A stretch of DNA of 64,000 nucleotides, from NCBI GenBank assembly GCA_013239625.1, contig MU053881.1, forward strand, positions 4,919,957 to 4,983,956, read 5' to 3'. Source of the stretch: Lama guanicoe. Its lineage: Eukaryota. This document shows positions 37,220-48,508 of the stretch, piece by piece. The position numbers and the translations under genes are program-made. The notes under the pieces are model-generated. The model was not told where the DNA came from. It ran no database searches and worked only from the letters and a program-made list of their open reading frames with translations. How positions within the stretch are numbered: the first letter of the stretch is position 1; each line of letters opens with the position of its first letter.

Positions 37220-40200
37220 GTTCTGGTTCCAGTAATAGCACAGTAGCCTGCATCAGACTCATTCTCTAGGTAGTAATTATAAACTCCCAATAAAATACGA
37301 AAAACAATTCATAGAAGGTACAGGAGAGTATCCAAAGCAGGTAGAGACTGGAAAGGATTCAATCCTTGAAAGAAGGAAGCTCCACTGGAAACTTTAAAGA
37401 GCATCCTCCCTGAGGACACCGTCCAGACCACGTATGCGGCAGGATAAGTGAAGCCCAAGCAAAAACCCTGCAGTCTTCCTGGCTCGAGGAAGCCAAAGAT
37501 GAAGTTCAGAGCTGCCAGAGCAGTTGGAAATTAAGAGGGGAAATCTCAAAAAGGAGGGTGCCACGAAGGGGGGCCCCAAAACCCGTGCATAAATTCCCCT
37601 TAACTCCTTGGCTCATCCCTGATCCATGCATGCAAATGCCAAGGCCTGGTGGGAAACACCCAGAAGGCTGAGAAGACAGAGCAGAGATTTTTGCTGCTGC
37701 GTACCACGGAGAAGGAGAACTGGGAGTCTGAAGTTAGAGGGGCCTGGTAAACACCTCAGACTTTCCAATGAAACCCCAGGAGGGCTGGACCTTAACGGAC
37801 AAGGCCCTCTAAGGGCAAAACTGAAATAGATCTGCCCCGACAGAGTGTAAACCCAATCCTCCACGAGTTTAAGGTGATCAATTAATAATTTAATGGTTTG
37901 TTAGAACAAAATTTAACCTTTTTCAGAGGAACAAAGTAGAATCCAGCGTCACTATCACCTACAATATCTAGCATTTAGTAAAAAATACATGTGCAAAAAA
38001 CCAACTAATGTAACAAACAATCAAGAACAAAGGAGTTAACCAAATGAGACCAAAATGACACAGGGGCAGTTAAACGGTAACATCTCTAAAGCAGCCATTA
38101 TAGGGCCACCGTGGCCGAGCAGATGGCTATGTGCTGGGGGGAAGGAGCCAGAGTTCAGTCTGAGGAAAACCAAGGCCCAGAAAGGCAAATAAATCTTCCT
38201 GCTTCCCATCTTAGCTCAAGAACTAAAGGTGTTTACTGTTCTAAAAACAAAACAAACAAAAAGACAAACCACAAAACAATTATTATTTAAATATGATTAA
38301 GGACGTAAAAGAAAAATTGGCTATAAAGAATAAACAGATTGGGAATCTCAGAAAATAAATTAAAACTTTAAAAAAGAACCAAATGGAAATTCCAGAACTA
38401 AAAATCATAATATACAAACTGAAAAATATTTGGATGGGCTTACCAGAAGACTGGAGATGACTGAAGAAATAATGAACCTGATGAAAGAGCAACAGAACCT
38501 ATCCAGCCTGAAGAAACAAGGGAAAAAATACTGAAAAAAATCAAACACGAACATAGGTATAACTGGAGTCTCAGAAGGAGAAAATGAATAGAGCAAAAAG
38601 AAAAAAAAAATAGAACACAGGCTGAACTTTTCTTAAATTGGGTGCAAAACATTAACTTAAAGATCCAATAGCAAACCCAATGAGAATCAATTCAAAGACA
38701 ACAATCTACACACATCACAGTCAACCTATAAAAGCAAAGATAAAAAGAAAATCTTGGTAACATCCGGAGGAAAAAGAATGCATAAAGAATAATTATTCAA
38801 ATTACAGCTGAGTCCTTAGCAGAAACAATAGAGGCCAGAAGATCATGGGAGAGCACCTTTAAAACTGTCTGAAAGAAGGAAAAAAAAAAAATCTTGTCAA
38901 CCCAGAAAAAAAAATTCTTCAGAAACGAGAGTGAAATAAAGACATTTTCAGATAAATGAAACTGAAGGAATCTGTTGTCAGTACAACCGTCCTATAACAA
39001 ATACTAAAGGATGTTCTTCAGGCTGAAGGGATACCAGATAGAAACTCAAATCTCCAAAAAGAAACGAGGAACTCTTAAAAACTGTAAATATGTGGGCAAA
39101 AATAAAAGACTTTTTTCTCTTACTTTCTTCATAAGGCATATGATTCTTTAAAAATTGTAACACTGCAGCAAGGGTTTTACAACACATAAAGGTGTAACAA
39201 GAGCACAAGGATGGGGAGTAGACGGAATTATAGTGTGGCAAGATTAGTACATTTTACCTGAAGTAGCTCGATATTAACTCTAAGTAGACTGTGAAGAGTT
39301 AATCTCTAGAGCAATATTAAAAAAGAAAAATATAGAAATACAGCTAACCGACCCTAGAGGAATTAAAACAGAAAACTCAGAATATTCAGTTAACCTAAAG
39401 TAAGGCATAAAAGGAAGAACAGAGGAACAAAAAAGAGTTGAGACAAACCATTAACAAAATAGTGGACTCAAACCTAGCTATATCAATAGTTACATTAATG
39501 GTATACAGAATATCCATATGCCAAAAGGCAAAGACAGAACGGATAAAAAAGTCAGACCAAGCTCGTACTGTCTCCAAAAAGGCACATTCTAAATACAATG
39601 AGCACAGGAAAGGTGGCATGATTATTGATATCAGACAAAGTGAAACAGAGTTAAGGAGCAGTGCCAAAGATTAAGAGGGATATCTTATAATGATAAAAAT
39701 GTCATTTCATCAAGAAGACATAATAACCACAAACACGCATGCTCTTAATAACAGAGCTTCAAAACGTATGAAGCAAAAAGGGAAAGAATTAAAAAGAAAA
39801 ATAGAAAACTCTACAATCATAGCTAGGAGTTTTAACATCTTCTCTCAGTAATTAATAAAAACAGACCCCCAAAAATCAATAAGGACATAAAAGATTTGAA
39901 TTACCCTGAGTTGATGTTTATGGAACACTACAGACAACAACTGGTGAATACACATTCTTTTCAAATGCACATGGAATGGTCATAAAATAAGCCACAATCT
40001 CAAGACTGAAATTCTTACATAACACATCTTTGGACAAGATAACTAGAAAAGCATCAGGTATGTGGAAATTAAACACCACAATTAGAAAATGAAAACACAG
40101 CATCATCAAAATTCATAGGGTGTACCTAAAGCAATGCGTAAAGGGAACTATATAGTATTAAAGGTTTACATTTCAAAAGAAGAAAAGTTTAAATCAATGA

Positions 40201-40690
40201 TCTAAGTTTCCACTTTGAGCAGCTAGAAAAAGAGCAAATTAAACTCAAAGGAGTAGGGGAAAAAAAAGAAATAAAAGAGAAGTGAAATAAATGGAGAGAT
40301 ATACCATATTCAGGATCAGAGGACTCAGTGCCATTAGTGTGTAAGTCCTCTGTTCTTCGAGATTATTTTGGCTATTCTAAAATACCCATGTATTGTTCAT
40401 TGTTGATTCTAAAATTTACATGGCTACATTAGTATAGCCAAAATAATCCTGAAGAACAAACAGAGGACTCACACTTTCTGATTTCAATATACAGGTGTAA
40501 TATTGAAGACAGTGTGGTATTGTCATAAGGCTGGACAAACAGATCAATGAACAGAAGAGAGAGTCTGGAAACAGACTCACACATACAACCATTTTGAACA
40601 AACATATCAAAGCAATTTAATGGAGAAAGGGAAGTCTTTCAACAAATGATGCAGATAGACAACCAGATACTTGCATTGGGAAAACCAAAC
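37220..40690 (+). mobile_element. old degraded LINE-1 (5' UTR, ORF1 and ORF2 remnants), antisense within ATP6V0E1 intron 2
   Basis: Very A-rich plus strand with L1 hallmarks (GAAATAAAGACATTTTCAGATAAA, GAATACACATTCTTTTCAAATGCACATGGA, GGAGAGATATACCATATTCA, AAGACAGTGTGGTATTG). No intact ORF. Boundaries approximate. Confidence 0.8.
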
Positions 40691-41349
40691 AAAATTAACA
40701 GTAACAAAAACAAGGCTTGACCCCCCTTCTTGAGTGCCTGTGGCCCTGGGAAGCAGCCATGCCTAACTGCCAAACCCTCTGTCAGGCTCTAGTCCAAGTC
40801 CTCGCTTAAGAAGAGAAACTACAAGAAGTTCAACTGGTCTCGTATCTTTGTTTACCTCAATTTTTGCCAGAAAAAATTTCTCCAAACCTCTCAGGACCAT
40901 CTGGTATGACCCCAATCCCATTCCCAGCCTGCTCTGTTCATCTCACCACTTGATCCAACGTGCCCCCTCCCTTTCCTTTCTCCGGAACCCTCGCACTGTG
41001 CCCTCGGGAACTTGCTCAGTGATCTGCCCCTCACACACACCTCCTAACCTCTCACTTCCCGCTGCCTCCAGCTCCCTCCCCAGGCTCCCTCAAGCCGAGG
41101 AGGTGGCTGATTCTCACAGCAGGTAGCTGGAGCGTTGGCAATGGCACCAGTAACTTCTTTGCTCCTCCTTGGCTGCCTCCAGACAAGTCTCTCCCACTCT
41201 TGTGAAAAACTGCCTTCTGCTTGGGTGTGCAAGCCTACTGATTTTACTCCCCTTTCCTCCTCCCGATGTTCCAGTCACTTCTCCTTGTTCAACAGAAGAG
41301 GCATAGTTTGCCCTTTTCTGGCTCTTCCGTATCCGTACCTAAACACTGG

Positions 41350-42730
41350 CATCCCTTAGGCTTGGCCCTAACATCTCTTCTCTTCTCTTACCACACCCCT
41401 TCCCTCTGGTCAGGTTTCTCAAGCTCAGCACCATACTGACGTGCGAGGCCGCATCATTCTTCACTAGGGGGAAGGCGGGCTGTACTGCGCAGTGTGGGAT
41501 GTTTAGCTGCATCCCTGGCCTCCACCCACTGGATGCCAGCCCCAGAGAAGAATCACTGCCTTAGGTACATTCGTATGGCCTCAAATATCTCTTCTTCTAG
41601 CCAATGTCCTATTTAGTATCTCTTAGGAGGCTCGCAGGCCTCATTGAGCTATACCCACCCCCCACCCTCCCATCAAACCATTTGAACAAAGATGCCAAAG
41701 CAATTTAATGGAGAAAGGTAAGTCTTTTCAACAAATGACACGGCAACAACTAGCTATCTGCACTGGGGAGACCCAAACGAAATAACAGCAACATAAACAA
41801 AGCTTGACCCCACCTCTTTAGTGCCTGTGGCCCTCGGAAGCAGTCATGCCTAACGCCAAACCCTCTTAATCTCAAATCTCAACCTTAGCATGTCCTCAAC
41901 TTAAGTTTTGCTTTGAAATGTATCCTGTCCCCAGGCGTCACCATCTTAGTAAGTGGCCTGGCCCAGAAACCAGGGAGTCATCTCTGATTCCTCCCACATC
42001 CAATCCATCTGCAGGACCAATAAGTGCTACTCCCAAATTACCGCTCAAACCAGGCACCGTCTTCATCTTTGCTATCCTCACCTCGGACCAAACCACAAAG
42101 ATTCCCGGCCTGAATGAAGGCCATAACCTCTCCTAACCCGTGTCCTCTTCCACTCCGGCCTCCAAGCAGTCTACTCTCCACGGAGCAGCTAGAATCCTCA
42201 TCCGACCAAAACACTCTTTTATTTAAAATCTGAAAAGACTTCCCATTCGCTTAAAATAAAACCCAAAGTCCTTACCCTAGCCCATAAAATCCTACATGAC
42301 CTGGCCCTTACCTAAATCCCAAACCTACCTCTCCTCGCCTCTCTATGAAACCCCAGTCACACTACTACCCTCTCAGAACCTTCCAAGCTCCTCACCCCTC
42401 AGCGCCTTTGCATGTGCGGGAGACCTGCCTCCAGTTCCCCCCGTGGCTGATTCCTCCTCCACTAGGCTTTCTGGGATCACTCTGAACAAGTCTCACCCTC
42501 TCTCCCACCACCCTCATTGTTCTCTACCACAGCACCCCGTCTGGCTCCTTAAAGCACTTTCTCACTTTGTCTATTACAGATTGAGAACAGTTTGGCTGCT
42601 GCTGCTGTTAACCTGCTTGTTTCACTCCCCTGGCAGGACTGTCACCTCCAGGAGGGCGGGGATGTGGTTCTCTATTGTATATCCAGGAACTGGCACAGAG
42701 TAGGTATTCTATTAAATGCCTATTGGTTGA
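41350..42730 (-). mobile_element. LINE-2 relic
   Basis: C/T-rich plus strand with L2 motifs (AAAATAAAACCCAAAGTCCTTACC..CATGACCTGGCCC, GCCTTTGCATGTGC, CTGGCACAGAGTAGGTATTC..TTGGTTGAA). Confidence 0.65.
41410..41560 (+). mobile_element. MER20-like DNA transposon (internally deleted)
   Basis: GGTTTCTCAAGCTCAGCAC...GGGATGTTTAGCTGCATCCCTGGCCTCCACCCACTGGATGCCAG...GAATCACTG. Confidence 0.65.
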
Positions 42731-43228
42731 ACTTCAGGGGAAGGTGGGTAATAAGCTGCAGAACAAACAGCCACCTATAAATGTGAGATACCAACAGAAA
42801 ACCCAATGAAGGGAACGAGTCAGTTAGCTAAAACAGCTCATGGCTTCCTCTGGCTATCCACTTGGGAGTTCTAAGCTGAAAGGAGCAAGGGCAGGAGGAC
42901 CTCGTATTTCAGGAACAAATTTAAATTGAGTTACTCACTGTTTTCCATGATTGACGCCACAATTTCCTTTTATTAGCAGACATCATCAGACAAGACAGGA
43001 GACAGACACAAAAAAATGACCAGTCACTGGAGAGACGAGACAGAGACATTCCACCTATACAAAATACGCTTCCTGTCTGAAGGAGCTTCAAAGCTAGAAG
43101 TGAAGATAGAGCCTACCTACCAGCTAACAGAAGGTCAAATAAAACAGGTGCTTCCACTGGCCAAAGATAGGGCAATCTGACCACCAACAGGATCTTAATT
43201 ATACTGGATTGAAATACATCAAGTATGT

Positions 43229-43373
43229 TTATTGCTGTTGTTTTTTTCTGGAGCAGGGGATTAGGTTTATTTGTTTACTTGTCTGTCTGTTTATTAAACG
43301 GAAGTCCTGGGGGTTAAACCCAGGACCTTGTACCTGCTAAGCACATGCTCTACCACTGAGCTCTACCCTCCCC
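43229..43373 (-). mobile_element. camelid-type tRNA-derived SINE with target-site duplication
   Basis: Reverse-complement SINE body. TSD aaatacatcaagtatgt (43212-43228) / aaatacatcaaatatgt (43377-43393). Confidence 0.88.
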
Positions 43374-43995
43374 ACAAAATACATCAAATATGTATCAGAT
43401 CATGATGATACTAACAAAAAATAAAAATCATTGTTCATCATTGGAAGATACTAGAGAACCAACTTATTATTTTGAAAACTGGCAAGTAAACAGACTACCA
43501 CACATATATTCTAGGTTTTCTTTAAACTGTTTTTCAGTTATTTGGATAACGAAGTAGTTGACGAAGTAAATCTTTCTTTCTGGATGTACTCTAGCTAATG
43601 AATAAATAAGAAATTGTAGAAATAGAATGTCATCAATGATGCCAAAATACAAAAAAAAAAAAATCAGACATTTTATACCCCTTGATGAAAATGTCAACAC
43701 CATTTATAAAACAGACTTAAGAAAAATTTGAACATGAATGTGATCTAGCCCCTGAATATGACTACCAACTTACCGGATATGTAAAAGAAGGGTGTGTTAA
43801 ATGAGATCATGGGTATACAATTAATAAGGACCAGACTCTGGAAAACTATGGGGCAAACGATCTGGTTTCTTTCTATTAAAATATGCAAGGTAAAAAAGAA
43901 AGAGATTCAGAGAAGAAATCAACAGAGACTTGAAAGACACATCCACTAACTGCATGCATGGTCTTTATGTACATCTTTATTCAAGTAAACTGTAA

Positions 43996-43997
43996 AA

Positions 43998-44032
<35 letters not shown>
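43996..44032. repeat. (AAAT)n tetranucleotide microsatellite
   Basis: About 9 consecutive AAAT units. Confidence 0.95.
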
Positions 44033-44138
44033 CACGAGGGAAATTTAAATATGATACTTGATGATATTAAAGAATTAACTTTTTTGTGTGTGACAATGGT
44101 TTGGGGCTATATCTGAACAAAGAATGATTACCTTTTAG

Positions 44139-44168
44139 ATATATATATATATAGAGAGAGAGAGAGAA
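44139..44168. repeat. (AT)n(AG)n compound microsatellite
   Basis: atatatatatatatagagagagagagagaa. Confidence 0.9.
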
Positions 44169-45205
44169 AGACAGAGAGAAATATTTACAGATAAACTGAT
44201 ATATCTGAGATTTGCTTCAAAATAATCTGGACTAGAATGGGAAAGTGTGTCAGGATGAGACAAGATTGGCCATGAACTGATAACTGCTGAAGGTGGGTGA
44301 CAGGCAAATGAAGGTTCATCATACTATTCTTTACTTCTGTAGAGAGCATACAAGAGGCTTTAAAAGTCCCAAAAGAGAAAGTTAAAAAATAAATAAATAA
44401 ATAAAAAATAAAAGCTATAGTAAAGGACATCCCAGAAACTGACCACCTTGTGGTTACTTGGTGGGAAATTAAAGGGACAACCCTGGCTCTGGGAGGTGAT
44501 CACATCCTGTCCCCAAACTGGCTCTAGAGCCAGGACCAAAGCAAGGCTGGGCTTGGCTGTGGATCTGCAAATTTCTGGACAAGTGGGGAAAGTTTCTGTA
44601 AGCTGTGCAGGAGCTAGTGTGATGGGCAGTATTAGGAGGCTGGAGGGGTGAGTGACAGGAACACGTTTGGGGTCACAGAATAGGGGCTTGTGGGAATCAG
44701 CAGATGAGGCAAGCTCTTCAGGAAGGGACTGAGGGCTTCTCTGGCTCTTTGTTTGTTTACTGACTCTCCTCTCACTAGAGAGGGCAAAGAGATACATCTG
44801 TTTTATCCATTCACTCCTACATACCCAGTGCCTGGTACATAGTAGGCTCATTATACTCATATTTGTTTATTATCATTAACAGCAAATAAGTCGAGAATGG
44901 ATAGACAGATGATGAAGTATGTACAGTAAAATGTTAATGACAGAATCTATGTGGTGGATATTCAGGCGTTCACCATTAAGTTCTTTCAACCTTTCTGTAT
45001 GTTTGAAATTTTTCGTAATAAAATTTTGAGGGGAATTAAAAAACCACAATAAATAAGCTGAGAGAATGAACTCTAATAAGGACCAATAAAATAAATGCTA
45101 CAACAGTGTTGCACGCAAATCGTGCTTACAGGTAACATATGGATCTTTGAATAATTTACTTTAAAAAACCACTGGTAACATCACTCTACATTTTTCTTAT
45201 TCTTT

Positions 45206-45337
45206 TTTTTAACATTTTTTATTGATTTATAATCATTCTACAATGTTGTGTCAAATTCCAGTGTTCAGCACAATTTTTCAGTCATTCATGGACATATACA
45301 CACTCATTGTCACATTTTTTTCTCTGTGATTTATCAT
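45206..45337 (-). mobile_element. young, heavily 5'-truncated LINE-1 3' end with perfect 17-bp TSD
   Basis: Poly-T then TTTTTATTGATTTATAATCATTCTACAATGTTGTGTCAAATTCCAGTG. Flanked by identical catttttcttattcttt at 45189-45205 and 45338-45354. Confidence 0.85.
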
Positions 45338-46784
45338 CATTTTTCTTATTCTTTGTTCTAAGTTTTTACATATACAGCATCTTATTTAAAAACTCACCAA
45401 AGCATACTACCATATAATCAGGTCAAATATTATTCAGCCTAAGCAGAACCAAGGTTTCCTTCCTCCTAGTCAATATTTATTTTCCTTTATCACTCTGCTG
45501 GCAAGACTTACAATTAGTCAAGTGCTAAAGATACAGCACATTTTCCAAGAAGCAACTGTGTCTTCTAAGTTTCTAGTTTACCCTAAAGATGTGAGCTTTG
45601 TGACTCTGGGTAAGCTATAACGTAACTCGACATTAACAACTAACCTAAGAACAATAGAAAGTACAGAACGGTAACTAAAAGGACTGTATCCTTAAGAAAC
45701 AAGAGTGATCCTGGGCCTCAAAGAGGGAACCACATGTAGAACATTTAGACTTTCCTCTGCTGAACTAATAACACAAACTGGTTGTACTGGCAGAGATCCT
45801 GATTTATTCGGAGCTCAAACAAGGTACGCCCCACGGAATCTGAATTTAAACTAGAACAAACTGGAAAGAGGAAAAAAAACTGCCCCAAATGGAAGGCAAT
45901 TTAAAAGTCTGAATGTATTTCAAAACATGACTTTGAGACATCGGGTTTCTTTGGGCATATCTTGCTTCAAATGAGGTATTTTCAAGAAACTGTATGTACC
46001 AGTGCCAAAGAGTGAAATATTTTTTGAATTTCAAATTGAATTTATTACAGAATCCCACTCGTTTATGGAAAAAGATACATAAAATATTTGGGATTTGAAT
46101 TTCACTTACATGTTTCAAGCAGATATTTTTCTAACTAGGAGACATGATCAGGTGTCAAAGAAACAAAAGGAAAAAACTGCATAAAGTCTACTATCTAGCT
46201 TTTTCCCCATAAAATGGTCTCCAGAGCATTCAATGTTGGAACACTGTGTACTACGTTTATTAATACATTGATGACAGGACTGACGCACTGTCAACAGAGC
46301 AGTCTCCAGCACACCAGGTCAGAGGGAAAAATCTAGACAGCAAGAGGTGAGGGCTCACAGTTCTCAACTGAGTCACTAAGCCTCAAAGTGATAGAATTTC
46401 CAACCAAGCCCAGTTATTTTACTTTACACTTGAAAATGAAAATAAGAGACTCACTGGAAATGTTTCCTGTTTGTTTTAAAGACAATATCAGGAAAATTAA
46501 CCGCATTTCAAAGAGCATGGAGGACCAGAAAGTCACAAAACATTTCTGTCCTATCTTGGTTTAATCTCAAGTCATTCCTCTGCGCCACAATTTTCTCTCT
46601 TTAAAGCCCCACCTCCAACTTACTGCTCCTGCAGCAGAGATCAAAGGAATGAAAACAAAGGCTTTTTCTATCGCAGAACCAGTCCTTGGCTCCTGGATTG
46701 ATAAAGAGCTCCCTTGCTGGGATTTCTAGAGGATTTGATAGAATAGGCTGGTACTCAATTACCCCTACTTACACATGGAATATT

Positions 46785-46918
46785 TTTTTAAAAAAATTTT
46801 GGGGTTTAGGGGGCAGGAATTAGGTTTATTTATTTATTTTTAGACAAAGTACTGAGGCTTGAACCCAGGACCTTATGCATGCTAAGCACGCACTCTACCA
46901 TTTGAGCTATACTCTCCC
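46785..46918 (-). mobile_element. camelid-type tRNA-derived SINE
   Basis: Plus strand ...AATTAGGTTTATTT...GAACCCAGGACCTTATGCATGCTAAGCACGCACTCTACCATTTGAGCTATACTCTCCC. Confidence 0.85.
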
Positions 46919-48460
46919 AGCCGCTTAAGTGAGGAATTTTTGATGATGCACGTACTTCTTCTCATTTACTCTTAGAGCTAAACACAGTTAGTGTAAGAAT
47001 GCCCTCCAAACGCTGCCTGCCAGACTTCCATTCTCGGGGCTGAGCTGTACTCAGAAAAAGCCTCTTTACCCTTCTAACTGGGAAGAAAAGACTAAACAGG
47101 CCAACTGCACAAAGTCTCATTATCTCAGCCCTCGAGTGGAGGCAGTCAAACACCACCATCATCATTTAGCAAAACCTCCATCGTGCTGCGCGATGCAGCT
47201 CTGAACACTTCCAGGGGCACTTACGCGAGCGCCTGGATGGCCAAATAGCCAAAATTCACGGTACAAACTCTTTGTCAGGGGCAGATTTTGATCCATGCCA
47301 AGAACAAGAATTGGCTCATACCCACAGACCTCTTTGAAAAACCTCAGTGCACAAACCCCAGAATATAAGAAATTCATAGATTCAGAGCCACAGAGAACCA
47401 TGGCCTTTCATCACAGGATTAGAACCGCTGCTTCCTACCACATTCGGGAACTAAACACCAGTACTTACTTTCCATATAAGGAAGTCTCGGGGAGCTAGAA
47501 AGCTCTAAGAAAAGAGAATTGCAAAAAAAAAAAAAAAAAAAAAAGGACAAAAAAAAGAAAAAAAAGAAAGAGAAGAGAATCGCTGGTTCTCAACTCTAAA
47601 AAGCAAGCCCTGAAAGGATAAATTTTATGGTATGTGAAATATATATAAATATATTTTAAAAAAGAAAAAAAGAAACCGGAAGACCTTTAAATACTTTGAA
47701 GTGATTATTCTCTCCACAAACTGATTAATACTTAGTTTTTTCCTAGGGCTTGGCTTGTTCCATTCTTCGGGGGAGGGGAGAACGCAGAGAAGGGTTGGAA
47801 ACATCTTTAAAACAGTTCAACTGCAGTCCTGCCATTTCTAACAGTCAGGAGGATACAGAACAGTATTCTAAAAAAACATATGTTGAGAAATTACCTTACA
47901 TATCCTAAAGGTTTTCATTCAACTGTTTATACAAACTATATAATCTATTCAAACAGATGCCAATTACTATCAAACTTTGATACAGCGTACAATGAATTGT
48001 TAAAAAAACTGCCTTTTCTCTACTTGATGATAATTTTAGCTCAACTTCTAGCCATGAGATAAACAAAATTCATAGCAAAGAATGGTTGTATTGGCTTCAT
48101 AGTGAGATATCTAAGAAAAATGAGTAGGCCTAAATACTTCCCAATAGTAAAATATAAAGCAGTACAATGACAATTTCCAGCTAATTATATGATTTAAATT
48201 TGTGCCAAATAAATCACACCTGTATTGCCAGTAGAACAGAGCATCTGCACAGTTCTTAGGTCAATATACTGAACACAGGAAAAGTGTTCTTTTCAATCTT
48301 AAGATACTATCTCTAGATGTTACATGAGAGACAAGCCCCAATGATACTAAAGTGTGACGTTTCAGAACAATCATGCTCCACTTATTTTACTTTTAATCAC
48401 GCACATGATAAAGACCAAGAATAACTGCTTATTATTTTAGGGAAAAAAAAAACTACTTAC

Positions 48461-48508
48461 AAGAGATAGCAGCAAACTGAACAGGTCACCAACATGGTGA
48501 TGATAACT
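48461..48508 (-). CDS. ATP6V0E1: V-type proton ATPase subunit e1, coding exon 2
   Basis: Polypyrimidine tract plus AG at 48510-48509. Encodes (G)VIITMLVTCSVCCYL(F). Donor GTAAGT at 48460. Confidence 0.97.

Larger units (their letters stand above)
43185..44380 (+). mobile_element. old L1MC-like 3' region interrupted by a SINE and microsatellites
   Basis: GATATATCTGAGATTTGCTTCAAAATAATC, CAAGATTGGCCATGAACTGATAACTGCTGAAG and similar L1MC 3' motifs. Confidence 0.6.

Noticed and set aside
47160..47300. Small CpG-containing patch with a minus-strand GTAAGT donor-like site (about 47219-47224) in ATP6V0E1 intron 2
   Set aside because: No convincing paired acceptor or reading frame, and such hexamers occur by chance in an 18-kb intron.
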